From Haliotis rufescens (Eukaryota), in assembly GCF_023055435.1 (NCBI RefSeq), contig NW_025963813.1:25420001-25484000 (forward strand): a stretch of DNA of 64,000 nt, given 5' to 3'. Made by a program: the position numbers and the translations under genes. Of this stretch, positions 1 to 13,720 are shown one piece after another. Under the pieces are notes generated by a model, which saw only the letters and a program-made list of their open reading frames with translations, ran no database searches and was not told the DNA's origin. Each line of letters begins with the position of its first letter. The first letter of the stretch is position 1.

Positions 1-79
1 CCCCTGGAACTCCCTCTCGGATTATTTCTCCTCTGATGAGATCTTCCTTGAGGTGACGGGGCTACCCCTCTCTCCACAT
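1..79 (-). CDS. Downstream coding exon (partial, runs off window) of the unidentified low-complexity protein gene
   Basis: Minus-strand acceptor ttccttctag|ATGTGG at 80/79. Phase 1 matches the donor at 4617/4616, and the frame is open: (D)VERGVAPSPQGRSHQRRNNPRGSSRG. Confidence 0.75.
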
Positions 80-825
80 CTAGAAGGAAGTCAAGGAGAC
101 AATGATAATCACCACACATTAACTTGATGACTAAAAAGAATAATTTTTGCTATTAACAAATTGACAAAAAGGTTTGTACTACAACATTATTAATTTATTA
201 TTATTACGAATTGTTAGACAAGAGCTGTTTTGACCTTCAGCCATATTATTTCACTGCAAATTGAAAGGATAAAGAAAACATGTTTATTTAGCAACTGCCA
301 TGTTGGCTGACAACAATATCATAGTCTCTTCAGTTAACATGGCAGCACAGCTAAGTCAAGGGAAGACATCTCTTCCATTCAATTCTAAAATGAGATTTTC
401 AATGCTTCAAAACCAAAAATGAGAGCCACATGGCACTGTAGCTCACCTGTCTATTTTTCAGAATATATAAAATGTAAGTAATTCCATGCCATGATGGAAC
501 ATTTCCTGCTGTTGTGTAAGCTATACCAATTTAGTATCTAGCCAGTGAGTGGCCCTGTGCTGGTGATGGTAATTCAATAAACATTACACAATGGCACAAT
601 GGTTTGCTTCTGCTTTTTAAAAGCCACATAAACACTTTTAACCTTGTGTTGTTCAATGAGGAGATATTCAGAAGGTAATTATCGGGAAATTCTGTGACAG
701 TAAACCTGGGTGATATATGAAAAATATTCTGAATAGTATAGATAACTTTTAGGCAGATTCTTCTTATTCTTATGATATATGTCAGAAAAACTTCTTAACA
801 ATCTTGCTACAAAGGTTAAACAAAG

Positions 826-3035
826 GCATGAAGTCAATGGGGCACATATGTTTACATGTGGTGATCAATGGGGCACATATGTTTACATGTGGTGATCTAT
901 AAGGCACATATGTTTACATGTTGTGACCAATAGGGCACATATGTTTATATGTGGTGATCTATGAGGCACATATGTTTACATGTGATGATCAGTAGGGCAC
1001 ATATGTTTACATGCTGTGACCAATAGGGCACATATGTTTACATGTGGTGATCAATAGGGCACATATGTTTACATGTGGTGATCAATAGGGCACATATGTT
1101 TACATGTGGTGATCAATAGGGCACATATGTTTACATGTGGTGATCAATGGGGCACATATGTTTACATGTGGTGATCAATAGGGCACATATGTTTACATGT
1201 GGTGATCAATGGGGCACATATGTTTACATGTGGTGATCAATAGGGCACATATGTTTACATGTGGTGATCAATAGGGCACATATGTTTACATGTGGTGATC
1301 AATGGGGCACATATGTTTACATGTGGTGATCAATAGGGCACATATGTTTACATGTGGTGATCAATGGGGCACATATGTGTACATGTGGTGATCAAAGAGG
1401 CACATGTTTACATGTGATGATCAAAGAGGCACATATGTTTACATGTGGTGATCAATGGGGCACATATGTGTACATGTGATGATCAAAGAGGCACATATGT
1501 GTACATGTGGTGATCAAAGAGACACATATGTTTACATGTGGTGATCAAAGAGGCATATGTGTACATGTGGTGATGAAAGAGACACATGTGTACATGTGAT
1601 GATCAAAGAGACACATATGTGTACATGTGGTGATCAAAGAGACACATATGTTTACATGTGATGATCAAAGAGGAACATATGTTTACATGTGGTGATCAAA
1701 GAGACACATATGTGTACATGTGGTGATCAATGGGACACATGTTTCCAGGTGATGATCAAAGAGACATATGTGTACATGTGATGATCAAAGAGGAACATAT
1801 GTTTACATGTGGTGATCAAAGAGACACATATGTTTACATGTGATGATCAAAGAGACACATATGTGTACATGTGATGATCAAGGAGACACATATGTGTACA
1901 TGTGGTGATCAAAGAGACACATATGTTTACATGTGATGATCAAAGAGGAACATGTTTACATGTGGTGATCAAAGAGACACATATGTGTACATGTGGTGAT
2001 CAAACAGACACATATGTGTACATGTGGTGATCAAAGAGACATGTGTACATGTGATGATCAAAGAGGAACATATGTTTACATGTGGTGATCAAAGAGACAC
2101 ATATGTTTACATGTGATGATCAAAGAGACACATATGTGTACATGTGATGATCAAGGAGACACATATGTGTACATGTGGTGATCAAAGAGACACATATGTT
2201 TACATGTGATGATCAAAGAGGAACATGTTTACATGTGGTGATCAAAGAGGCACATATGTGTACATGTGGTGATCAAAGAGACATATGTGTACATGTGGTG
2301 ATCAAAGAGACATGTGTACATGTCGTGATCAAAGAGACACATATGTGTACATGTGGTGATCAAAGTGACACATATGTGTACATGTGGTGATCAAAGAGAC
2401 ACATATGTGTTCATGTGATGATCAAAGAGGCACATATGTGTACATGTGGTGATCAAAGAGGCACATATGTGTACATGTGGTGATCAAAGAGACACATATG
2501 TGTACATGTGGTGATCAAAGAGGCACATATGTGTACATGTGGTGATCAAAGAGACACATATGTGTTCATGTGATGATCAAAGAGGCACATATGTGTACAT
2601 GTGGTGATCAAAGAGACATATGTGTACATGTGATGATCAAAGAGACACATATGTGTTCATGTGATGATCAAAGAGGCACATATGTGTACATGTGGTGATC
2701 AAAGAGACACATGTGTTTACATGTGATGATCAAAGAGACATATGTTTACATGTGATGATCAAAGAGACACATATGTTTACATGTGGTGATCAAAGAGACA
2801 TATGTGTACATGTGATGATCAAAGAGACACATATGTGTACATGTGATGATCAAAGAGACATATGTGTACATGTGGTGATCAAAGAGACCTTTGTTTACAT
2901 GTGATGATCAAAGAGACATATGTTTACATGTGGCAATCAGAGAAGCGCATATGTTAACATGTGATGATCAATTGGGCACATATGTTTTTATGGGATGATC
3001 AAAGAGGTATGTATCTTTACATGTGGTGATCAAAG
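826..3035. repeat. Intronic 29-31-bp minisatellite (~70 copies)
   Basis: Unit gggcacatatgtttacatgtggtgatcaata changes to gagacacatatgtgtacatgtggtgatcaaa after ~1385. Confidence 0.97.
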
Positions 3036-4616
3036 GCCACAGCAAGTTGGAAAATACACCAACACATGTATTTGATATACCAAATACTTACTGTTTATCA
3101 GATGACATCATACAGCAATTTAGAAAAATGGGAATTCTGTGAGCAAATTGTAGAGATATTATTGCAGTCTACGACTTGTCTGAAGCACATGTCTTGTGAA
3201 ATAAATGTCTTCTGGCCTAGCAAGATTAGCTATTATACTGGTAATAATTTTAAGACTAAAATATCAAGTTTGGGCCAGTCGACTTAACATTTTGGCACAA
3301 AGTGACAATGGAAGGATCATCTATCAGTACCACCTGTATTCCGGGTCAAAAGTATAAATTCTGCAACCACTTTTTGATAATTTTGCACACAATTCTGTGA
3401 ACTTTTAAGCCTGGTTTTCGTGTTGCACCTGTTTGACTTGTGGCTGGCATGTTTCGGACAAACTTATTCATGCCTAGTATAGCTTATTAAAGTGAATCTG
3501 GCTATCACTAATGTAAACATATAGACGAGTTCACTTCAAAAAGAAATCTGGATATTGATTCCATTTAACTATTTTTCAAAACGTAAAATGCTTAAAGATT
3601 GATTGTAATTTTTTTTCCATGTAACACAAACGCCTCAAATAATTATTTGGAATGATTTAATTAATACAATGCACAATTCAGATAATGACTGTTCGTTTCA
3701 GCAAACTTATGCAACCTTTACACATTTAAAAACATCGCTCAATCTGTAAGTTAGAATGCTGTACATTTCTGCTTGAGTGGACATTTCTGCAAATATTCCG
3801 TGACCGCAGAATCACAAAATACAGCGGGGACTGATCCTTACAAAATGCGATCATCATAGGCGTGTATCTACAGTGGACAATGGCGAACCATGGACAATGG
3901 TCAAGATGTTTACAACAGACAGGCAGACAGCATGCCATGACACTGGCTCACTTGAACCTTCTTCCGTTCAGGTGAGTTGAAAATGGCTGACCACCCTCAA
4001 TGCAAAACCATTGTGTTCACATCACTTGCAAGCCAAATTGTTTTACTACTACACCCGTAGAGCAAAGCATAAAATGATGGAGATATGAGCTGCTCTACAG
4101 ACTTACAATAAATTCCACAAGGTCAATATAAATTCTTAAACAAGAAATTACAGAGAAATAAACTAAAAGCAAACAAAACATCAATAACCAAACAAAAGAT
4201 GTTAGTCAACCCAAAATACAAATAAAAAACAATTATCTTTAAAGAGATTTCCCGAGATATATCTGACAATGATATTAGCTAGAATAAAGCACTACAGTTA
4301 AAAGCCCAAGCTAAGCTATGCATAATATGACTACAGGACTATGGTAGACCACCCATCATTGCCAAAAGTCCAAATGGAAATGTTACCTGTGAGATATTTT
4401 CAGATATCAAAGTAACTTATATCAATCTCTAATTTAACAGATAGATGAATGATATATCCTATGATATCATGAGAATAAATTATCCATATCCATGAGAATA
4501 TGATCCAATCACATATAATAAGTTTATGCAGATAATATTGATAGAAACTGAGGATATTAAACTGAAAAAAGGACTACTTGGCCCCCATATCAGTGTGTTT
4601 CTCCCCTCCGACTCAC

Positions 4617-7575
4617 CAGCCAGCCCTCTGTCACTTTCCTCAACATGGGATTTCCTTTCTTTCTGTGGGGACTGCTGGACAATCTGACCTTCAGAGTCAT
4701 CTGGGAATCTTTCACGTTGGCCATTATCCTCATACGTTATGTCTGCAAACTGATGGAATCTGCCTGAATAGCCATAGTCCTTACTCGGTTTACTTCTGTC
4801 CTGTAATTCTTTCTGATATCTTTGTTTTTTCTTTTGTTTCCTGGACTGTTTTATTTTATGAGAGTCACTGCTAGCAGCATCTCCATCATATTTCTGATCC
4901 TGATCATGAAAGCCTCCTTCTACAAAATGTGGACTGTCCTCTGCATACTGGAAATTAGTCATATTACCATCCCTTTCACCACAATCCTTCTTCTTGTGCT
5001 TCTTCAATTTGTCTTTCTTCTTGAAAGGAACATCAACCTGCTCTTCCCACCGGCCCTCTCTGGGCCCTCCTTCAGGACACCATCTGTCTTGATACTGAGC
5101 ATGCATGTCATCCACGTCCTGAAACCTTTCATCTTCTCTTGTCTGGTTCCCATAACTGCTTTTCTTGTTCATTTTCTTCTTATTGTCCTGTCTTCTACCA
5201 CCAGCGCCAACACTGTTTACAAAACTACTGTAGCAGTCAGTCTCAACATGTCGTGTCCCATCTCCTGTGGCAGTAATTGTCAGATTCATGAACCCTCTGT
5301 CCTGCACAGTTTCAAATGACCCGCTATCTTCAAGCATATGCATACTCTGATTAGAGGACTCGGACTCAGAATGAGATCTTCTGACATCTTGCGTAGAATA
5401 TTCTCCTGGCTTTTGTCCACTATGACTGGAGGAATCTGATCTGTCTGTCCTTGACCTCCTGAATTCCCTTGATCCCCGCGCTCGCCCCCTTCCTCTTCCT
5501 CTCCTGCTACCCTCATCAGAAACTTGACCTCTACCACGACCTCTGGTCCTTCTCTGATTCCTTATTCTGTATCTCTCTTCATTATTATCTTTATCATCAT
5601 CATCAACATCATCCATAAACTTGCCTGACATCCCAGTGTTGTCATAATAAACATGCCTTGAACTGTTACCATCATCTAATTCATTCCTAAAATATGCCAG
5701 TGCACCTTCTACAAGAGCATCCTCTTCTCTACTTCTCTCATGCCTATCAAATCTATTGAACTTTTTACCCTCCCTCTTTCTCCTGCCAACCTGATGCCGC
5801 AGATCCCCTGGGTCCTCATCTACACTCCCATCATCAAAATCCTGAAGTTGTTCCACGTGCTCCTCGTCAGCGGCGTCTCTCGCAGGGAAGTCTTTGTTCT
5901 GCCTCTTTTTCTTCTTCCTGTTCTTCTTTCCTGGTTTAGTATTTCCTGCAGCAGCATCCTCTCCTCCCTGTTCCTCCCCCTCCCCTTTCACCTCCCCTTT
6001 CACCTCCCCCTCCCATTTCACCTCCCCCTCCCCTTTCACCTCCCCCTCCCCTTTCACCTCCCCCTCCCCTTTTACCTCCCCCTCCCCTTTCACCTCCCCC
6101 TCCCCCTCCCCTTTCACCTCCCCCTCCCCTTTCACCTCCCCCTCCCCTTTCACCTCCCAGTCCACACTTTTCTCTGTGGTCTTCCTCAGCAGATCACTGT
6201 AACCCATTCCCGGAGGATTCCTTGACCCTCTACCAGACCTTTTCCGGACACATTTTCCTGGTGAAACAGATCTGACACTGCTTGAAGACTTTGGTCTTAC
6301 ATCGCTATCAGCACCTACAACAGCTTCCTCCAGTTCACCTTCTCCACAAGTGTTGTGCTTTTCTTCAATTTTCTTTTCTGGTGTAAAACCATCCAGTGTT
6401 AGAAGTGTTTCACTTTGAATTTGTTTTGCAGAATCTGATATGTTTATCTTGTCAGTATGTGAGGACTCTATTTGTTTTAATTCAGTTGTGTTCTCTGTGA
6501 CAAGTTCTTTGGCTTTGCCCTCTTCAACAGGAAGTATTCTCAAGGCATCCACCTTGGAGTCACACAAAACATTGACTTCGTCTCTGGCATCAGGAACATA
6601 ATCTGGTTGTTGGCTCTCCTGAAGTAAAAGGGTGTCAGAAATGATTTCAATCTCAGATTCCTCATTCATTTTAGTCCCCACCATGACCGACGTCGTCTCC
6701 CCTGCAGATTCATTGAGTGCTGCATCCTTTGTACTGGACCTGACTTCATCCCCATCACATGCAGACGCAGCAGCAGGAATGTGGAGATCAGTTGTCGTCG
6801 CGGGCCCAGTTCCAAAGGTCCCTTCTGCTTCCACATCCACATCATGTCCAACATCAGCAGGTAATAGCGATGTTGAAGAATGTATATCAATCTTGGTGAC
6901 ACTGTGCATGACTGTGCATGTTTGTTCTGATGATGGAGGGCAATGAGGGTCAAACTGGGCAGATGTGTCTGGTGCAGCACCATCACCCTGTGTAACCTGG
7001 TCTGTGGTGACACCATCAGTGACAATCACTTCTTCTCCACTGTTGCCCTCACACTTCTCTTCATCCCTTACTTCCTCTCTTCCTGAGTCTTCCGTCTCTA
7101 GACCATCACCTTCCTTACCATCCATTTCTTCACTTCTTAAAATTGTAGGCTGATCATCTACTATTTCTTCTGTAACAGTATGTGGTTGTGATCCACCTGC
7201 GGCACAAATGTTGTTATTACCCCGGCATTCTACATCGGCAGTGTTAGTTGCATCAACAGAACTCACAACAGGGTTATCTCCCTTAGCATGCACGTCACAG
7301 TTATGGTCCTCAGGTCCATGCAATAGGGTTGTGTGTCCATGCAAACTTGTGGTTTCAGAGTTACTGGTTGATCCATCATCAACCACATCAGACATCAGAT
7401 CATCATTACTGTCCTTACCTGATCTTGCTGATGTATCCAGCTGGGATTTACCTGAGACATCTTGGATATTTTTCCCTGTCTTGCTTGACTCTCTAATACT
7501 GATAGATTTAAGTTGCTCCTCCACATCTTCAACATCAGCTATCACTTCTGGCTGGTCACTTTCAGAGGATGCCAT
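4617..7575 (-). CDS. Large first coding exon (~986 codons) of an unidentified, probably disordered acidic/Arg-Gly/Lys-rich protein
   Basis: 1033-aa ORF. Acceptor ttttttcag| at 7615/7614, an in-frame TAA upstream of ATG 7575 (tccATGG), and a strong donor G|GTGAGT at 4617/4616. The ORF tail beyond the donor turns hydrophobic and AT-rich, i.e. intronic. Contains NLS-like KKNRKKKKR and RGRGRG tracts. Confidence 0.85.
5969..6160 (-). repeat. Coding 18-bp tandem repeat (GEVKGE)n, ~10 copies
   Basis: cacctccccctcccctttt-type units on the + strand. The translation shows repeated GEGEVK. Confidence 0.95.
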
Positions 7576-7839
7576 GGACACTTCTGGATCTTATCTTGTT
7601 GACACTTAAACAGTCTGAAAAAAAGAACAGTCAATATTTAATAGAACTACAAGGCTTTGCCACTCACCTGAATTTAGGATTTACTACATAATGACAACAA
7701 AGGGTTATCAACTCAACTCATAGCGTATTCCAGTGAGTTATTTTATAATCAACAGCCAAATATGATTTGTTTCTAAAATGTCAGGAAGACAAAATTTAAA
7801 ATGTAGATGTAACATGCTTTATCCATGTGAAAAGCAGAT

Positions 7840-9260
7840 AGCTAGCCAGCATACACGTAGAAATGGGACAATCTATGAAGCTAGCCAGCATACACGTAGA
7901 AATGGGACAATCTATGAAGCTAGCCAGCATACACGTAGAAATGGGACAATCTATGAAGCTAGCCAGCATACACGTAGAAATGGGACAATCTATGAAGCTA
8001 GCCAGCATACAGGTAGAAATGGGACAATCTATGAAGCTAGCCAGCATACAGGTAGAAATGGGACAATCTTTGAAGCTAGCCAGCATACACGTAGAAATGG
8101 GACAATCTATGAAGCTAGCCAGCATACAGGTAGAAATGGGACAATCTATGAAGCTAGCCAGCATACACGTAGAAATGGGACAATCTATGAAGCTAGCCAG
8201 CATACAGGTAGAAATGGGACAATCTATGAAGCTAGCCAGCATACACGTAGAAATGGGACAATCTATGAAGCAAGCCATCATACAGGTAGAAATGGGACAA
8301 TCTATGAAGCTAGCCAGCATACAGGTAGAAATGGGACAATCTATGAAGCTAGCCAGCATACAGGTAGAAATGGGACAATCTATGACTCTAGCCAGCATAC
8401 AGGTAGAAATGGGACAATCTATGACGCTAGCCAGCATACACGTAGAAATGGGACAATCTATGAAGCTAGCCAGCATACTGGTAGAAATGGGACAATCCAT
8501 AAAACAAGCCAGCATACAGGTAGAAATGGGACAATCTATGAAGCTAGTCGGCATACAGGTAGAAATGGGACAATCTATGACGCTAGCCAGCATACACGTA
8601 AAAAAAATGGGACAATCTATGAAGCTAGCTGGCATACAGGTAGAAATGGGACAATCTATGACGCTAGCCAGCATACAGGTAGAAATGGGACAATCTATGA
8701 AGCCTGCTAGCATATAGGTAGAAATGGGACAATCTATGAAGCAAGCCAGCATACACGTAGAAATGGGACAATCTATGAAGCCTGCTAGCATACAGGTAGA
8801 AATGGGACAATCTATGAAGCTAGCCAGCATACAGGTAGAAATGGGACAATCTATGAAGCTAGCCAGCATACACGTAGAAATGGGACAATCTATGAAGCTA
8901 GCCAGCATACACATAGAAATGGGACAATCTATGAAGCTAGCCAGCATGCACGTAGAAATGGGACAATCTATGAAGCTAGCTGGCATACACGTAGAAATGG
9001 GACAATCTATGAAGCTAGCCAGCATACAGGTAGAAATGGGACAATCTATGAAGCAAGCCATCATACACGTAGAAATGGGACAATCTATGAAGCTAGCCAG
9101 CATACAGGTAGAAATGGGACAATCTATGAAGCTAGCCATCATACAGGTAGAAATGGGACAATCTATGAAGTTAGCCATCATACAGGTAGAAATGGGACAA
9201 TCTATGAAACTAGCCAGCATACACATGGAAATGAGACCTTGTATGAAGCTAGCCAGCATA
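7840..9260. repeat. 39-bp minisatellite (~36 copies)
   Basis: Unit gctagccagcatacacgtagaaatgggacaatctatgaa. It explains the long periodic ORFs on both strands. Confidence 0.97.
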
Positions 9261-9282
9261 CTTTGTTTGTTTGTTTATTTAA

Positions 9283-11238
9283 AGGGGCACTGATCTAAAG
9301 CGATTCCCCGGGACTGGTTGTTGCCTTTGTTATTGTTTTTTACCCGGATGATACGCAACGCAACTGAGTGTGACAAGAGACTGGGCTACCGTCTGCAAGG
9401 ACAGCTAAAGAAACTTGGAGGCAATATTTGTTTTACCTATTTTTGAACACTGATTGGTTAACCGTGATCTATAAAGATTTCGACAAAGGGCGCATGTTAA
9501 TTAATTTCTTCAGCCTAAAAAAACGGTGGAGTTCATCGGATGTTGTCATTTGGAAATACCCCTAATTGTTATAGTCTAATAATTAAAAAAAGTATCCATG
9601 CAGTGAAAGTATTTTCGGATTTCGGATTGCGTCGATAATACGATTACAACTCCCTTGTTGTCATCCACGTTTTCTGGTATAACCCTACACTTGTGTATTT
9701 GATGCTCAGTTAATGAATGTATTACGGGTATTATTAGAGGTAGCACCACTCAGATTACCTGACAAAGGTTCCCATTTGGCATTTATAGTGTCTGGGGTAA
9801 TTATTCAATTTAAATACAGGTTTGAAGTGAAGTGAAATGTGTGTTATGTAATATGCACGTGGCAGCCCAGCAAGAGATGAATGATCAGTTGATTTACTTT
9901 TTTGTAAATTAACAGATCATTCCTAGTCATCAAAGTATTAACAGAAATACATTGATTGATAAATCACTGTTATCTTGCACAGTGGATATGTCAAAAGTAA
10001 ATGTTTACATGTCTAGGTTTACTAAAACAAAGGGAATACAGTCATATCGTGGCGTGAAGTGCCGATGTAAAAACACCATACTTTGTTCAAAGGGTTAACC
10101 GATAATCCGTTGATTGATTGTTCATTGTTATCTAACTCAATGAATTTCTTTAGGAACCGTGGAAGTTATGAAAATAGTTGTCACATGGGTTTTCTCAGCC
10201 GACCTTTGAGACTTGACACCTATGTGAAACACCTGAAACAATCTAAGTGATAAGTTGAGAAACAAACACAGGTTATAATATCTGAAACGATATATTTATT
10301 TTAAAATATTTGATTGTTACAGAGACACGTGACATCAAATAGGTTTCTTTGTACAGCTGCAGACGTGTGGGATATTGTTCCTTTGTGTGGATATTCACAG
10401 ATACATTCCTCGAACAAGGAAGCTGCCTAAAATTACACACATAAATTTGGTAGGTTGCAATTATGATATTTGCATTTTGTTTTCCTTTATTTGCTGTAGC
10501 ATTGGACAGATTCATTCTTGTTCCTCTACGTCTTGGTTGGGAAATTCTTCGATGTGCGATAGACAGTGTTTTCACAAGTCTTTTCCTTTGTAAGCGTGTA
10601 TATATTACAGTCAATTTGTAAAATGTGATTCTCTCAGGCAATTTATAATTTCATTTTGACTGAAAAATCTGTCCATTTCTTTAACAGATTGACTAAAATT
10701 GATTAAGACGATCAAAAGGGCCTAAAAACATCACAATAGATTATTATGTAGGATTAGAAGCCAAACAATATAGAAATGTACTTTTCATCGAAACAATTTC
10801 AGTCTCTTGGAATTCGTTGTCATAATAATACAGATGGATATATTTTTCAGTCAATTTGTAAAATTACTGAATATTCCGGCGTTTAATAAATTTCCAAAGT
10901 GAAAATTTTGCACATTTTGACTGTAAAAATATAAACACGATAAAATAAGCAATGCTCAGGAGAAATATTTACTTTGTGTTGCAAGTCAAAATAGTGTAAA
11001 CGAAATCGTGCTACCCACAATAATACCTACATTTCCTTATTATTTCCAAAACTGTATTTCATTTTGTCGATCAATGTGACCACACGCCCTTATACTATCA
11101 ATAAAAGTGACAAATGCGCTTACGAATTGCGCAGCACAGATAGTGAACTAGTCTGCTCTATCATCCGGTTACTCACGGGAAAAAACAATAACAAAGGTAA
11201 CAACCAGTCCCGGGGAATTGCTTTAGATCAGTGCCCCT
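9283..11238. mobile_element. Non-autonomous Kolobok-type DNA transposon with TTAA TSD
   Basis: TTAA|AGGGGCACTGATCTAAAGCGATTCCCCGGGACTGGTTG... and ...CAACCAGTCCCGGGGAATTGCTTTAGATCAGTGCCCCT|TTAA give ~60-bp TIRs. AG termini with a TTAA TSD are typical of Kolobok. Confidence 0.85.
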
Positions 11239-11242
11239 TTAA

Positions 11243-11410
11243 GCACTCAGCAATATTCCAGCTGTATGACGGAGGTCTGTAAATAATCGAGTCTGGATCA
11301 GACAATTCAGTAATTGACATCATGAGGATTAATCCACGCAATTGGGATACGGATGACATGCATTAATCAAGTCAGCGAGTCTGACCACCCAATCTTAAGA
11401 GTCACCTCTA
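11243..11410 (-). mobile_element. SINE (V-domain-type family) fragment; its (TTTG)n tail lies at 9262-9278, split off by the Kolobok insertion
   Basis: Reverse complement of the family seen at 28839-29173 and 63236-63490 (gcactcagcaatattccagct...aataatcgagtctgga). Confidence 0.8.
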
Positions 11411-11820
11411 ACTATCCAACATAAATATTTACAAATACCAAACTGTATTCTTTTAACGCCTTGCTGCAAGAGAAGGCCAACGTTTAAAGAAATTCAGTAA
11501 TACAGGTTTGAATTATTATTTCTTGACAAATATCTTGGGGATGAAGCTTGCGCTTGAAGTGATGTGTTTACACTCAGACACAGGCGATGGCAGCTTGTTA
11601 ACAGCGTAACTATCCTATAAGGCCGGTATGCCCCTTATTGTTGATTAGCGTAGCAATGTCACAAGGGAGAAAACGCATCTCAGAACACAGGAAAGTAGAC
11701 TTTTCGTAAACGTTCCTCACTCTGAATTAACAGACCTGAAGCTCTGAAGTGTTCAGTCTCCCTGTCACTATATAATGTATTGCACCACCAAAACACATAA
11801 TCACAATCCACCACACGCAC

Positions 11821-12030
11821 CTCACTCAGACTCGGTACCAGGCCTGTAATTTTGTCACGATTGTAAACTTATAGTCAGCAAGAAGACGGAAGATGGGGCA
11901 AAATAATACGCCTAAGTACTTGACGCGTGTGTGAGCATAAACATACCGGATTATCAAATTATGCACCTTCGTTTCAGGAAACGTCAAAATTGCCCTCTGA
12001 TTTCGCTGTCACGCATTCTGCTGAACTGCT
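11821..12030 (-). promoter_or_regulatory. Candidate promoter / non-coding first exon of the minus-strand gene
   Basis: Locally CpG-richer, with an ETS-like CTTCCG and a possible donor GAG|GTGCGT at 11821/11820. The gene needs an upstream exon because its first coding exon begins with an acceptor. Confidence 0.3.
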
Positions 12031-12876
12031 TTCAGTTTACATATACCGCGATATTGCACGAGATTAACCAAGGGAAGCCACTCCAACATAACTTGGACAA
12101 AGGATAACATGTCATTTGTTATTTTACATGAACGGCTTGAACAGTGTTCGTACCCACATTTTTTTTATTTTTTGTATGCAGGTGTTATAATATCTACGAT
12201 CAAGAAGTATAAAGCATGAACTAGTAGGTGTGTGTGGAGAGTGGGAATTGAATCCACCATGTACAGACATATATCAGGTAGTGATCAATTTCAAAGAATT
12301 CTTATTTCAATCTCATATATATATATATACAAAACACAAATATTGTGTTTCAAAGGTTCGGACTTGCATTATTATCTAAGTGGAAGGTGGAGATAGGAAT
12401 GGGTGTTGTTTGTCCGTCCGACCGTCACGTTTCGTGTCCGGAGCAGAACTAAAAAAACATGAGAGATATCTTAACACACTTGGTACATAGATAGGTCTAG
12501 TGGTGAACTGGTGCTTTTTGATAGTTTGGGGTTTTTAAAAAATATATAGTGTTCGAGGTTCCATGGCAACGACTTTGACTTAGACTGAAAGTGGCGGTAG
12601 TGCTCGTTTCTGGAGCAGATCTTGAAAACCGTAGAATATAACTTCACCCAACTTTGGCACACGGTCTAGTGGTGAACTGGTGCCTTTTGACAGTTTGGGA
12701 GTTTTTCAGAATGTTTCCTTGGCAAGAAAAATACGTGTAGCATTCGTTGCCGAAGCATAACTCAGAAACCGTTTTCACATTCTACAAAAACATCTATGCA
12801 GGGTTGTCTGAGAACCGTTACCATAATTACCTAATTGAGATGTATACCACTTGACAAGAAATTTAAAGCCCAACCT

Positions 12877-12972
12877 GGGCCCACTTGATCAAAGCGATCT
12901 TAGCGCTAAGATAATCGTAACTCACATACTTTAACATAGGCTTACAATAGATCGCCTTTTGCAAGTGGGCCC
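12877..12972. mobile_element. 96-bp MITE inserted in the Helentron PGQAY motif
   Basis: TIRs GGGCCCACTTG...CAAGTGGGCCC, with internal palindrome atcttagcgctaagat. Confidence 0.75.
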
Positions 12973-13720
12973 TCGTCAAGCGTATACAATGCTCAGTAGG
13001 GCCTAATCAAGGAAAGGCCTAAAACTTGTAGATTTTGATGAACAAAAAACTGCAGTAAACGAAAAACCATTGAAGTTGTTGACGAAATTGCGGAATGAAA
13101 GACTGTTCACCTGGACACACTCTGTAGAGAACAGTCATGGCGATGGACTGAAGGTGGCTCACTTGAATGTTCGATCACTCAACGCTCATTTTGAAGATGT
13201 GAAGAATGATAAGTTCGTCTGTGTGGTGTATGTTTTGTGTTTCAACGAAACACACATCAATGATTACAGTGAAAGAGACCTCCAAGGATATCAAGTCTAT
13301 ACAGGAGACACTACACATGGTTTAGCTGTGTATGTGTTTCAAGAACAGTGTCAGCTATGTGATGTAACCTCATCTCGCAGTACGGAATACATTTCCTTTC
13401 TTGTTGGAAAGTTCTGCATTGCTTGTGTGTATATGTCGGTTGTCGCATTCACTTACTCTATTCATGCAGAAACTTCAGGATCTCTCCGAGCAGCTTGAAT
13501 GTGAACATGTCCTAGTTACTGGGGATTTCAACTGTGATTTGTGTAAAAAAACAAATATTTGAAGATTTTTTTAATGTGCAGAAATGACTCAACTCAGTCA
13601 CTCCCCAAGCCACTGTCTTGCAGCTACACTAGACTTCTTGTTTACTGATCATGCCAGTGCTGTAGCATTCCAGACTCCAGTCTAAGACTCAGATCACCAG
13701 ACTTTGGTGCTGTACTTCCC
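12973..13720 (+). pseudogene. PIF1-like helicase motif VI followed by exonuclease-endonuclease-phosphatase domain, disrupted
   Basis: QAYTMLSRA*SRKGLKLVDFDE at ~12977. ORF 13070-13498 carries HLNVRSL and ETH; GDFN at ~13521 and SDH at ~13689 follow frameshifts and stops. Confidence 0.8.

Noticed and set aside
4578-7609. Several + strand ORFs overlapping the giant exon
   Set aside because: These are antisense shadows of a purine-rich coding strand.
7778-9293. Long ORFs (310, 487, 284, 189 aa) on both strands
   Set aside because: They result from a stop-free 39-bp unit (a multiple of 3) and are open on both strands. The array is intronic and has no splice or protein-family support.
13070-13498. 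142-aa ORF as a functional endonuclease gene
   Set aside because: It is frameshifted before GDFN, has an upstream stop and a MITE insertion, so it is a transposon relic.
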